Below, in pieces: positions 1 through 13,560 of a stretch of DNA of 64,000 bases. The stretch comes from Felis catus (Eukaryota). The notes below the pieces were generated by a model. The model was given only the letters and a program-made list of their open reading frames with translations, had not been told where the DNA came from and made no database searches. The first letter of the stretch is position 1. Every line of letters starts with the position of its first letter. A program made the position numbers and the translations under genes. The DNA is taken from positions 136,836,001 through 136,900,000 of the forward strand of contig NC_058368.1 of the NCBI RefSeq assembly GCF_018350175.1, written 5' to 3'.

Positions 1-2429
1 CACCATGTGTTTTTTCATCTTCTATGTATCTGCTGCTGACTGGGTTCATAGTTATAGGCAGAGAAATGACAAGGAAAATGTTACTGAGAAGCAGCAATTG
101 AGAAGGAACCAGGAATGTGCTATGTGTTACAATTATGTTCATGAACCTTTCTTCATAGTAAAAAAGTGCTGAGTTTTATGGCAAAAGGGACCCCAAACCT
201 TCCCAAACTCTGGCTCAGAGCTGTAGGGAAAGCCATCAAGAAAGCAGTACCCCTGTGTACATCGAGAAAGCTTTTAACCTTTCCAGAACATTCCGACATG
301 TATGAGCTAAGTGATTTCTATATAACTTTCCATCTTTATTTTAAAGATGAGAAAACTGAGGTCAGCAAGGCTAAGTGACCTGACCAGGATCAGACTATAA
401 TCATTTTCAAGAAGCACATCAAACTTCCAATTCCAGTCTAGGGCTTACTGCCAACCACATTACTTCTCTATTCTGTTTCACAATGAAATTTATTTGAAAT
501 GTCTAAAAAATTTATCCTTAGTTGTTAAATGAGTTCAAACAATGTACAGACAAAAGAAGACAAAGTGTCAGAATTAAAAATGACGTTAATTTGCTACAGA
601 CTTCAATCCATCATTCATTTAACAGATATTTATTGAGAGTCAGCTATGTTCCAGGCATGGATTAAGCACTAGGAATACAAAATGAGATAAGATATAATCA
701 TTATCTTCAAAAAATTCACCTTAGATCGGTGGTTCTCTAGAAATGCATTTTGTTTGAAGTCAAAAATACCTACAGTGAAAACCCAATTTTCTGTTGCCAC
801 ATATGCAGATATCAAAACAAATTAAAAAGAATCTGTACTATCTTGCAGTAGTAAGATATCAAGATTTTTAAAAACAATGTGTGTTCAGATGCTGCTTTCT
901 AAATAAATATCTTGGTGAACTATGTCAATCACTACAAAATACTTGGCCAGAAAGGTTTGACATGAGAGTCCAAATGATTACTATCTAAAAAGAAAAGTAA
1001 TATTTAGAAAGAGAGAGAGAGAGAAAGGCAGGGAGAAATCTAGAGGCATTAAAAACTACTTTCACAGTGACTCCCAACTTCAAAAGCAGCTTCAGCAGTT
1101 CTCCTACTTGGTTCCAAATCTATATTATATCCAGAGACTTGAAATTAACTTTTGTTTTTATGGCAGAGAAAGACCACATTAAAAAAAAAAAGAATCAAAA
1201 AGCCAACTCCTTAAAATATGGTAATTTATAGAATCATAAACATGACAAACTTATCGTAGGACTATACCCACAACATAACCTTACTCTCAAAATCATTTTC
1301 TTCTGATCGTCGAAAAGCCCGGAAGCTTATGGACCTCTACCAACACATCAAAACAATTATTATTCTCTTTGTATCACTGAGTATTTCTGAATAGGACGTA
1401 TTCTGGTACCACTAGGGAAGGGTGATATGAACATGCCAGAAATATGAGAGTGTACTCTCAGCAAGATAAAACATACCACCACAATTTACTGATGATATAC
1501 ATTTAATCTGCCTGAATGCTTGTGGAATTAACAAATAATGTTTTTATAAGATTATGTGACATGTAAGGGAAATAAGTGTTCTTTCAGGTTGAGGGGAAGA
1601 ACCTCAACCTTCAAAAGATGTAAGATCAACTAAGCTGTCACTCACTAGCTGTTTGACTTTGGAAATGTTTCTGCTCTGGCTGACTTCCCTTACCCACACA
1701 AGAAGGGCAAAAACAATACCTGCCCTTTCTGTTTTGCAAACTTTTCCAAGAGGATGATAAACAAAAATGAGATGACAAGGTACTTTTGTATGGATACAAG
1801 TAATTATTATTATTTGACCTTTATCGTGATGGCCCACAATGTCACTCTAACTGATTGGGTGGCCAACTGGACTTTCAAGAGGTTTATCTACTCTGATCCC
1901 AATCTGGGCATTCCCGAAGGCAGGGAGTTGTTTAGTGTGAACAGCCACTTGTACTCCCACTTAAGGAAGCACATTATTGAGTGATGTAATTAGCCAGCTC
2001 TGGGGCTGGCAGCTCAGATGGGGAGGAGGAGGCAAGGGAAGGAATATGCATCTGGCTTTCCTGGTAATTCTTTCCCTGACTACATTATTTATACGGTGCA
2101 GTACAATTCAAGATTGTTATGACTGTAAAGTGGTTCATTTTGAGCGAGCACGGCCTAAAGGTGTGAAGAGAGACAAAACCCAGCCCTAGCAACTGTGTAA
2201 TCAGGTACAAGGCTGCATTTTTCAGAAAAAGGTACTTTCCCCCAATTTATCTGTTTAGAAGAGGCAGTCTATTTCTTGTCTGCATAAAGATGACCTAAAG
2301 GCTATTTGAGGCCCGGGTCACATATCTGAGACTTTCAACCATCACTTGAGCCCCCCCACTACAGTAAAAGAGGAAAGACTGTATATTCAAATAAGGTATT
2401 TGAAAAATATTTCTAACAATTTAACAAGG

Positions 2430-5400
2430 TTATTAAACAAAAGAGAAAGGGAAATAGTGGAAGTTGAGCAGAGAAGTGGACAGAATTGTGGACTTCCTCA
2501 TCAGCTATTAAAACATATTCAGAAGCTAATTAAAACAAGTATGATGCTACTGGATGAAAAGGCAGATCAGTGGAACAGCAGAGTTCAGAGACAGACCCAA
2601 ACTCAAACAAGGAATTAGTATATGCTAACACAGCATAAAATATCAGCAGGCAAATGAGGGATTATTCAAAAAATGGCATTAGGATAACTGTGTAGCCATT
2701 TTTAAAAAATGTGGGTATATGTATGTATGGATCTGTACTTCATATAATTAAACCAAAATAAACTACAGATCAATTGTATATTTACATGTTAAAAATGAAA
2801 GCATACATTCACCGAAAGAAAATAGGGGGAAATTTCTTGGGATGGAGAATGTCATTCTTAGTTTGATGTAAAAGCCATAAAAGAAAAGACTGATAAATTC
2901 AATCACATTTTTTAAAAAAGTCTACATAGCAAAAACTATCATAAAGCAAAATAATTTACAAAAAACAAAAAAAGAAATGAGAAAAATAGAAATAGTCATC
3001 ATTCAAAGCTACTCCCTAAAATTGAGAGGTCCTACAAACTAATAAAAGACCAACAATGCAGTCAAAAGACAGGATAAAAGATAAGAAAGTTCAAAGAAAT
3101 ATGAATGATCGTTAAGCATGTAAGAGTATGTCAACATCACCAATAAGGAAAAATGCAAACTAAAATTATATTGAGAAGGTCCAAGTCTGTTCAAAAATAT
3201 GAACTCCTAATTAAAATGATCTTTAAAAGAAAACTCCAGGCCCATTCAGGTGACTTCACTGATGAATGCTATCACATATTAAAGAAATAATATAAATCTT
3301 ACACCAAATTTTAGAAAATGAAAGCAGAGAACACTTATCGGTATATTTTATGACATCACATAATCCTAATGCCAAAACCTCACAAGGATATTATAAGCAA
3401 AAAAATTTAGAGGCCAGTATTATCAGCAACACAGACACAAGTATCTCTGACAAATATTAGCAAATTTACTTTAAGAATACTTCTGAACAATACATTATTG
3501 AGAATTCATCCCAAGAATGCAAGGCAGGGTTAACATCTGAAAACCAAAGTAGTTCACTATTCTAACAGAATGGAGGAGTAAACCCATATGATCATCTTTA
3601 TCTTTGAAGAAACAATATTTAACAGAATTCAGCATCCAATTATGATAAAAACTGTCAGGAAACTAGGACTAAAAGTGAACTTCCTCAAACTGATAAAGGG
3701 CAACTATGAAAAACCCACAACTAACATCATTCCTAAAGGTGTGATATTAAATACTTCCTGCCAAGACTGGGAACAAAAAGCAAGGATACCTGCCTCCACT
3801 ACTTTTATTCAACATTGTGTTGGAGGTCCTAGCTAGTGCAATAAGGCAAGAAAAAGAAACTGAAAGGGCTAAAATTTGGAAAGATATAAATGTATTTCTA
3901 TTCATAAACAACATGACTGGATATGTAGAAAACACTAAGGAATCTACTAGGATTAATGAGTATGTTTATCAAGCTCTCAGGATATAAGGTCATGAGACAA
4001 AAATCAACTATTTCTAGAAGGAAAAATTTGGGAAACAAAATTCAGAAAAATAACTTCACTTATAGTAACATCAAAATCTGTAAAATATTTAGAAATAAAT
4101 TTAACAAAAGACTTGCAAGGTCTCTACAATGAAATTTATAAAGCATTACTGAGAGAAATAAGATCTTAAAAAAAAAAAAAAAAGTTAAACCGTGTCCATG
4201 GGTTGGAAGATTCAATATTTTATGATGTCATATAAGGTCCCAATTAAGATGCCAATTCTTCTTAAATTGATCTACAGATTTAACAAAATTCCAACTGGAA
4301 CCCAGGTAGGCCTGTTTAAGAAAAATTGACCACCCAATTCCAAAATGTTTATGGGAAGGTAAAGGAACTAAAATAACCAGAATAATATTAAAAAATAACA
4401 AAGCTGAAGGACTTACACTATCTGGTTTCAAGACTTACAGTAGTAAGAGTATAGTATTGCAGTAAGATAGATGAATGGAAAACAGTACAGAAAGCAGAAA
4501 CATCCATAAAGAAAAAAAAAAAAAGAATACCCACACTCATACCATATTCAAGAATTGGTTTGATATGTAAAATGAAATTGAGACATAAAATCTAAAATTT
4601 TGACACTTCAAAGAAGAAAACAGAAGAATATCTATGACTAAGGAGTAGGCATAACTACTTAGGACACAGAAAACAATAACCATAAAGTAAAAGATAGCTA
4701 AATTAGATTTCATCAAAATAAAAATTCTACTCATCAAATCATGTCATTAAGAAAACAAATAGAAAAGCCTTATATACTGGGAGAGAATATCCGCAAAATA
4801 GATAGATGACAAAAGATACTGAGAATCAGATTTTTCACTGCCGGAAGAGAATTACAAAATTAGAGAAGGGACAAGTCCACAAGGAAACTTGAAGTGTTAG
4901 ACTGGAATTGGAAACTTCAGGAAGAAGATAGTTTAAAGATATATATATATATATTTTATATATAATATAAACATAATACATATAAAAATATATCCACATG
5001 AATGGATACATTGATATGCTAGCTCTGTCCACTGAGAAAGTCTGGGAAAAATAATAACTCAGTAGCAATGAGCACTTCCTATAAGCAGATTTTGACTTCT
5101 GAATGCCATTCTCCCTCTAAAAAGAACTGGGGCTCTTTAGAAAAATGGCCGGTTCCAAGGCTGGGGCAGGTATGGTGTAAGATGACATTAAAAGATGTTT
5201 TGTCTAGAAAAGTAAAAAATGCTCAAAGAAGGACAGAACATATCAAAACAATGCAAGAAGCAGGGTTTCCTACTTACCATATAGGGGACATTTTGAGACT
5301 CAAAATAAGTAATGGATTATAACTTAGAGAATAAAATCAAGTCATGACACCTGGGAGATACCACCTTAATAAGGTGATCAAACTTAACATCACCAATACT

Positions 5401-5830
5401 GTAATGAATGATCAATACACATTGCCTGGTAAAATACACTGAGAACACAACATCACTTCTGTGGTACTCCTGTCCACAAATGCCTTCCTTCCTAGGAAAT
5501 ACCATAACTGCATAACTGAAATATCATAGAACCTAACTGGGTGACATTCTACAGTAAAACTGGCCTGTACTCTTAAAAAATGTCAAGGTTAGGAAACACA
5601 CATACACACACATTAAAGCTGAGGAAGTGTTTCAAATTAAAGGAGACTGAAAAGATATATGATAACTAAATATAAAGTACAACCCTAGTTTGGATTCTGG
5701 GCTAGGACCCATAAAGAACATTAATGAGGCAACTGACAAAATTTGAATAGGGACTATATACTAGATCACACTCTTGTAGTCCTGCTAAATGTTCTGATTT
5801 TAATCACTGCATAGTAGTTATATAGGAGAA
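2430..5830 (+). mobile_element. Degenerate old L1 cluster (ORF2 fragments plus L1MC/MD-type 3' UTR)
   Basis: A-rich, with broken ORF2-like peptides (IQHPIMIK...NFLKLIKGNYEKPTTNII). 2430-3170 resembles late ORF2, and 3180-4830 restarts at the earlier RT region. Confidence 0.85.
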
Positions 5831-6378
5831 ATGCCTAAGTAAAAGGTCAACTTATCAGTATTAATAAATAATATCTGTGTAAATTGGGTATCTATCAGTT
5901 AAAAAGGTCATCTTTCTTCTTCTGGGGCCTAGGTTAAAAAAAAAAAAAAAAAGCACATGCCAGCCATTTGCTATTGTCCAGCATTTGTTACAGGGCTGAT
6001 GAAATTTATACCTATGCCCCTCATGGGATACAAAATAGCCATGCAACTGATTGTCCCCCCTCAAGCTCCAAGTTGCAAAATCAGATAGCTCAGCAGTTAG
6101 TTTATATGTTAGTCTTTACTTCTTTCCCAACAAAACAAAACAGTAAGGATGGACGAAATGACATACAGGGATTTTTCTCTGAAAATTTTAAGGACAGGAG
6201 AAAATGAGGGTGTAGATCAAAGGTTGGCAAACAAGGGTCTATGGACCACATCTGGTCTGCAGCCTATTTCTGTACAGGCTCTGGGCTAAAAAGAGTTTTT
6301 ACATATTTAAAGGACTGTATACAGAAAAGAGCCATATGAGGCCCAAGATTGTTATCCTTAGAAAGTGGGTAGTTACTT

Positions 6379-6510
6379 GGGGCACCTGGGTGGCTCAGTC
6401 AGTTGAGCGACTGACTTCGGCTCAGGTCATGATCTCACGGTTTGTGAGTCTGAGCCCCACGTTGGGGTCTGTGCTGACAGTTCGGAGCCTGGAGCCTGCT
6501 TCAGATTCTG

Positions 6511-6563
<53 letters not shown>

Positions 6564-6631
6564 GCCCCTCCCCCACTCATGCCCTGTCTCTGTGTCAGAA
6601 ATAAACATTAAAAAAAAAAAATTAAAAAGAA
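6379..6631 (+). mobile_element. Can-SINE (SINEC_Fc-like) with expanded (TCTG)n/(CT)n
   Basis: GGGGCACCTGGGTGGCTCAGTC head, CT-rich tract and A tail; TSD AGAAAGTGGGTAGTTAC at 6360 and 6632. Confidence 0.95.
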
Positions 6632-7038
6632 AGAAAGTGGGTAGTTACCTCACCCAAACACGTATATTACCCTATCTTTCTGGGCAAGGTAGACTCTGCT
6701 CCAAGGTGGGCCAGTCCTATCTCAAGATTTTTCAAGCAGGAAGTAAGAAGGAATTATCCTCAAATCTATTCAAATAAATTTCTTAACAAATGTAAAAGTG
6801 GTTATTTTTCTGTGTGGTGGGAGAAGAGTTTAAATGCAGCTGAAGCCTCCTTATATACATCTCCTGATCCTATTCCTATCACATTGTCCTTCTTCACAGG
6901 TAAATGATATCCTCAACTCTTTTTCATTCTAAAGCGTTTTCACACTCATACATTTTCTACATGCATCCATATAAACATATAAGCCAGGGCGTTGCTTTGC
7001 ATGTTTTCAAACTACCTAAATGTTACGCTGTATGATTC

Positions 7039-7241
7039 TTTTTTTTTTTTTTTTAATGTTTATTTTTGAGAGCATGAGCGGGGGGGGGTGGGGCAGAGAG
7101 CGAGCGAGAGACAAGGATCTGAAGGGGCTCCATGCTGACAGCAGAGAGAGCCAGATGCGGGGCTCGAACTCAAACCATGAAATCATGATCTGAGCCGAAG
7201 TCAGACGCTTAACCGACCTAACCGAAACACCCAGGTGCCCC
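7039..7241 (-). mobile_element. Can-SINE
   Basis: Poly-T ... CCCAGGTGCCCC (reverse-complement head). Confidence 0.9.
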
Positions 7242-8671
7242 TGTATGAATGATTATTCACCATGCTTTTTTCCACTCATTACATTTTTGAGAGAGCCAAG
7301 CTGAGATGTACTGCTTTAGTTCATTCTTTCTCAATGTTGGATGGCATTCCATTGTACAAGTCTATCATGGTAGTTTCCTTATGTGTATAGATGCATCTCT
7401 GGGCTCTCTCCATTTAGTTCCAAAAGTCTAAGACAACATCTCATTTTTAGTTACCATAGCTTTCGAAGTCTTGTTATCTAGTAGACCAATCATTTTAGTC
7501 TTTTTGAAAATATCTTAGTTATTCTTAGCCCTTTACTCTTTCATTTGCATTTCAGGATCATCTTTTCAGGTTCCACAAAAAATTTTGCTGAGATTTTGGT
7601 TGGAACTGCATTAGCTTATAGAAGAAATCTGAGAGTTAGTGTCAACTAGTTTAAAACAAATTAAATGAAAAGATGTAGTTGAAAGCCTGGAGGGAAATAC
7701 ACTAAAAAGAAAGTGATTTTTCTTTTGTAAGTTGCAGCCCAATTTTCCAAAACACAATAGGCCACACAAATAAGAATTCTGAATTTCTACATCGGGGATG
7801 GGGGTGGGGGGGAAACAGTAAAATAAAATAAATGGGAATGTTGACAGCATTAAAGATCTTCAGACATTCTGAGCTGCTCCTGTATACTCCAAACATCAGA
7901 GCTAACATCACTGGAAGCAGTCCCTCAATTTCTATCTCAACTGTTTAAATGTTCTGTCATGCTCCCAGCCCTCAGAGGAGACCTCTCCTTTCAGTTCCAA
8001 CGTGCACTGTGATCATTGATTCAATAACATCTTATCGGACATCAGTTTTGGTGCAGGTTGTCCCTAACTGGCAACTGATCACTTCTGGGCTTCTCTCCCT
8101 TCTCCACAGATGAGAAGTAGATGACTTTCTGCTGCCCCCTTCTGGTTTTTGGCCGCTGTAAGCTTAGCAATAAGGGTAGATACATGGGACCTTCAATTAG
8201 TTGTCTCTTAGGGTCAGAGAGTGTCTCCCCAAATTGTGATATCCTTTCCATCTGAGTGTTAAACTAGGAGTATTCATAAGCATCTATTTCTCCCTATCCC
8301 TGAGTCCTGATACTCTGCACCTTGATGCCTTAGGTGAGGGTAGTGACAATAGTGAAGGACTACTTAGCAACTGAAATTAGAGTTCAAAATGTTTTCCCTA
8401 AGGAGAGAGATTTGGGGAAGAAATAGTCCTTGCTCTTCAAGATGTTACAATGCATCATAGACGATATTAAAGCTAAAACTTACTGAGCACCGACCTACTT
8501 GGTCCCAAGACTGTTCTAAGGATCTACTCTAAAGTACGAGAATTATTTTAATCCCTATTTTGATGAGGAAACTGAGGGACTGAGACTATAAGTGACTAAA
8601 TCAAACAGCTAACAGATGGCACATCTGGGATTCAAATCTAGCCAGATTGGCTCCAGAGGCCATGCTCTTTT

Positions 8672-9108
8672 CCTTTATTTTTTTAAAAAATTTTTTAATG
8701 TTTATTTTTGAGAGAGACAGAACATGAGTGGGGGAGGGGCAGAGAGAGAGGGAGACACAGAATTTGAAGCAGGCTCCAGGCTCTGATCTGTCAGCACAGA
8801 GCCCAACGTGGGGCTCAAACTCATGGACTGTGAGATCATGACCTGAGCCGAAGTCGGACGGTCAACCAACTGAGCCACCCAGGCGCCCCTCCTTTTTTTT
8901 TTTTTTTTTAACGTTTATTTATTTTTGAGAGAGGGACAGAGTGCGAGAGGGGGAGGGGCAGAGAGAGAGGGAGACACAGAATCCAAAGCAGGATCCAGCC
9001 TCTGAGCTGGCAGCACAGAGCCTGACGCGGGGCTCAACCTCACGAACTCTGAGGTCATGACCTGAGCTGAAGCCAGATGCTTAACTGACTGAGCCACCCA
9101 GGCACCCC
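8672..9108 (-). mobile_element. Two tandem Can-SINEs (about 8672-8889 and 8893-9108) inside a MIR
   Basis: Two full antisense copies; outer TSD CATGCTCTT; flanks are MIR-like (GAGGAAACTGAGG). Confidence 0.92.
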
Positions 9109-9508
9109 ATTCATGCTCTTACCTACTATACTATACTGCTCCTCAAGTAAAGAAAAAATAAGAAATACATATTTCTGACTAGTCAAAGAAAAAAAAAAAT
9201 AAACCAACTAAGCACCCCTGAGTAGATAAAAGAAAATTCTCTGGAAGAGGGTCAGAGAGATCATATTCAAATGGTGAAAATCAGGGCAAATTTATGGATG
9301 TAGCAGTATTTGGTTGGGACAGGCCTTAAAAGAAAGGTTGCATTTTATCAGAAGGAGATGGGGAGAGGCCAAAGAGAAGAAAACATGTGGTGTACTCAGA
9401 GAATAGCAGTCCATTTCTGGTTGGAGTGTGAAAGCTCTGTGAAAGTGTGCCATCCATGTTAACAGATAGTACCTGCTATTATCTCAGAAAATGGAGGGCT
9501 ATAACAAG

Positions 9509-9509
<1 letters not shown>

Positions 9510-9546
<37 letters not shown>

Positions 9547-9550
9547 GTGT
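9510..9550 (+). repeat. (TG)n microsatellite
   Basis: About 40 bp TG run with one GC interruption. Confidence 0.95.
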
Positions 9551-11851
9551 ATACATACACACATATATATATCAAAACTCTGCATGGCTTTCATCAATGA
9601 AGACAAATGGCCGATCTGCATTTCAGCTCTTGGTAACATCCAACATAGATCCATCTAATAGCCAGTGTGTCATAAATATACTGATTATGTGCTATACTGG
9701 CCTAGAGTTGGACAACCTGGTTTTATGTCCCAGCCTTGCCCATTACTAGCTATGAAATGTGGTACACCATGGGTCTTAAAATCAGCATTGCTATTAAAAA
9801 GAAGAACAGATCTCAAAATATAAAGTCTGTATGGTAAAAACAAACATAACTGGAAATCTATCAAGAAAATCATTACAGCATGGGCACCAAAGAGAATTCA
9901 CATCAATTACTTCTAGTTCCTCAAGTGTCCTGTTGCCTAGACACATGGCATCTGAAAATACTTCGGAATTTACTTGCCAGTGGCCTCAAAACTCATGATG
10001 AAATCAGTTCTCACAAAGGTCTTCTTGAAACTTCTGTGTAACTATTATCTTTCCCTTAAATACCATACCAGCTCCTGAGAAAATTTCTTAATTATCTCTA
10101 AATCAAACTGCCTTACATGCAAAATCCTGCTGAAGACACTCTAAGCATAAGACATTACAGTTATGTCTTTCTGTCCTATAGCTATAATTTCTGCTACCTT
10201 GATAATGACTTTGCAGTTATGAAAACAGCCAAGAAAATGATTTTTTCTTCTTCTGATTAAAGGACTTTATGCTCTGGAAAAAAACAACTTGGGATGTATC
10301 TTTTTATATGAAACTACATAACTTTTCCTAGGTTTAATCCACAGAGGGTTCAGCAGCTATCAAAATAGATCTATTTTGCTTTTAAATTCCATGTATATGC
10401 AAGGCATCAAGAATAGGTGCTTTGTGGGCCCTCCAGAGAAAGATAATAGGAAAGTATCAAAAACATACAAAAAACTGGCTTCCTGGAAAATAAGAGTGAA
10501 TACCCAGCTTCTTATACCAAGAGATTTACTAAAAGTATTTACAAAGAAGATAGCAAATGAAGAATGTCACCCAAATCCAAAAGAGATTAAGAGATCCCCT
10601 TACACTTTCTGTTGTTTATCTATATTCACTAGTTTTTCTATAGATATTCATAGTTAATGTGGCTGAAAATTCAACTCCACTATTTAAGTAAAGTCCTGGG
10701 TAAGAAACTAAACAAAAACCAGAATCTCAGGCTTTCAAAGTCTGAGGTTTCTGGTGATAAGGTCTAGCTTCTAGATCAATGGGATTGAGAAATACAGAAT
10801 TTTAGATATGCATGGTGACTTGGGAAGCATCCAAGATCATTTGCTCATCCAGAAAGCTAATCTCCAGAGAGTTCATTAACTGGCTCCAAGTTACAGATCA
10901 AAGTGGAAACTAAATTGGTCCTAAAATCCATGTCACCTATTTCCTGCCATCCTGATTCCTTCAGGGTCTTTACACTTTTTTTTTTTCATAATTATGCATT
11001 TTTTTTACAGTTGTATCTCTGTATATGCTAGTTTTTTTCTGAGTTTAATTAGTTTTATGTTACCCTGTTATAAGGTATTCAAGTATTCACTGAGTCTTTA
11101 TGTTCTGCTTTATTCCTTAGGCTGCCTTAGGACAAAGAACTGGCACTATGAGATACGTTGGTCTAACTGATGAGCCTGTGAATTGGAAGTGAGGCCTTCA
11201 TCTGTAGCCAGTGCTCGGATTTGTTACGTGGCTCGTAAGAGACTGCTTAGCCTGCCTGCCCAAGTCTCAATTTCATAGACTCTGAAAGTTAACAGGACTT
11301 GAGAGAATGCCTACTCCAAAATTTCCCAGCTGGCACTAGGACATCAGGAAGACCCCAACATAGGTATGTTTTCCAGCTGTTCTTTCTCCAAAAGTCTGTG
11401 ACTAGTTCCTCTGAAACAGTTCAAATGTGGTTGGTAGATATAAGACGTGATACAGCAAACTCAGAAATCTGGACATGTACAGTAAAAACACCAAAGAAAA
11501 ACCTACCATCTTGCTGTCTTGCTGTCTAAATCTGCTTCCGGTTCAATACTTCCATCAATGGACTAGCTATTTTCTCATTTACCTGAAGTTCCATTTTCAC
11601 CTCATTTTTGATCCTTGTTTTGTATCATCACATTCAACCTGTCACTAATCCTGTTGATCGATTTTTTTCCTTCCTATGTGCAAAACATTTCTCTCTTCAT
11701 TTCCACTGTCAACTACCACACAACAGGCCTTTTATCCTTATGCAGACAATTAATTTCCCTTCAACACTTATCCCTTTCAATCCAAAATTTACTGTTATTA
11801 ATATTCCTGAAATACCTTTATTATGATATATACTTCTCAAGAATCTACTGA

Positions 11852-12091
11852 GGGACACCTGGGTGGCTCAATCAGGTAAACATTCGACTTCGGCCCAGGT
11901 CATGATCTCGAGGGTCATGAGTTCGAGCCCTGCGTGGTACTCTGTGGTGACAGCTCAGACCCTGGAGCCTGCTTTAGATTCTGCGTCTTACCCCCGCCTC
12001 CGCCCCCAGTCTCTCTGTTTCTCCCCCGCTTGCACTCTGTCTCTCTCTCTCTCTCTCAAAAATAAATAAAGATTTTTTAAAAATTTAAAAA
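11852..12091 (+). mobile_element. Can-SINE
   Basis: Head, CT tract and A tail; TSD AAGAATCTACTGA at 11839 and 12092. Confidence 0.93.
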
Positions 12092-12589
12092 AAGAATCTA
12101 CTGATAACTATGTTGAGGATCTTTTTAAAATTTTTCTTTGAATAATGTATATCCATGATATGAAATTCAGAAGGTACAAGAGAGAATTCAGTCAGTAGTC
12201 AACCCAGGTCTTTTAAAAAAAAAAAAAATCACCCAGGACTGTTCCCCCAAAGAAACCAGTACTACCAGTTTTTGTGGGTATATATATATATGCCATTCCA
12301 GAGACAGTCTATGCATATAAACACATATACACACATATGTATCAAAGTACATATACACATATTACATTTACATAGAATCCACAAAGGTAACGTAATAAAA
12401 AAAGTCTATACTTTTTTTCACTGAATGCGTTTTATAACTTGTTCCATTGGAAATATGAATAAAGTTTTCATTCTTTTCATTGCCCGTATTGTACTGCTAA
12501 TAATTAATCACGCCCCTGTAGATCAACATAATCTTTTACTTTTTGTAATGGATATTATTTCATAGGTGTGTGTGTGTGTGCATTATGTG

Positions 12590-13560
12590 TGTGAGAACAC
12601 ATCCTAAAACTGATATGGGATGCAAAGGACCTGAACCAGCCAAAATGATTCTGGAAAAGAACCGAGTTGGAGGACTTAGAATAGCTAATTTTAAGACTTA
12701 TTATAAAACTAGAGGCATCAAGACAGTGTGGTACTGGCATCAAGATAGCAATGGAGCAGAGGTCAATGGAACAAAACAGTACTGAAGTAGACTCACACAT
12801 ATACAAACAACTGATTTTCCATAGAAACTCAAAGGTAATTCAGTTCAGAAAGAATAGACTTTTCAACAAACGGTGCCGATACAACCAGGTATTCTTATGC
12901 CAAAGAATTACTTTTGATTCTTACCTCACACCATATACAACACATAACCCAGAATGGATCACAGTCCAAACTATGAGGCCTAAAGCTAGGAACTTAAAGG
13001 AAACACAGGAGAAAAATCTTTATGCTGTTGGGCTAGGCAAAAACTTCTCCACTGGTGGCAAAAGCACAATCCATAAAAGAAAAGAACTGACAAACTGGAC
13101 TTCCATCAAAACTAAAAACTGCCCTCTGAAAATCACTGTTAAGTGAGCAAAAAGACACAACTATGAGATAAAGAATTCTCAACACCCACTAATAAAAACG
13201 CAAGCAATCCAATTAAAAGAAAAACAGGAAAAGGAGTTGAACAGTCACGTTACCAAAGGAGATGTAGACACGGCAGAAACGCACATGAAAAGATGTTCTA
13301 CATCATGAGTCATTTAGGCAAAAATAAATTAAGACCACAATGAGATACCACTAAACCCTATTAATAAGGCTAAACGTGTTGGCAACAATGTGGAGGATCT
13401 GGAACTGCTGTTGGGATGATAAGACAGTAAAACCACTTTGAAAAACGGTTCGGAAAATGTCTACCTACCATATGCTCCACCCATTCCACTCCCAGGTACT
13501 TACCACAAAGAAATGAAGGCATCGGTCCCTACAAAGCTTCATACATAGATGTTTGCAGCT
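12590..13560 (+). mobile_element. Degenerate L1 ORF2 3' portion
   Basis: Peptides AKMILEKNRVGGL..NFKTYYK..IKTVWYWHQD and LFNKRC..DSYLTPYT are L1 ORF2 hallmarks, with frameshifts. Confidence 0.9.

Noticed and set aside
6379..6460. tRNA-like A/B box sequences at SINE heads
   Set aside because: tRNA-derived SINE heads, not tRNA genes.
12570..13146. ORFs with RT-element-like peptides
   Set aside because: Frameshifted L1 ORF2 relic, not a functional gene.
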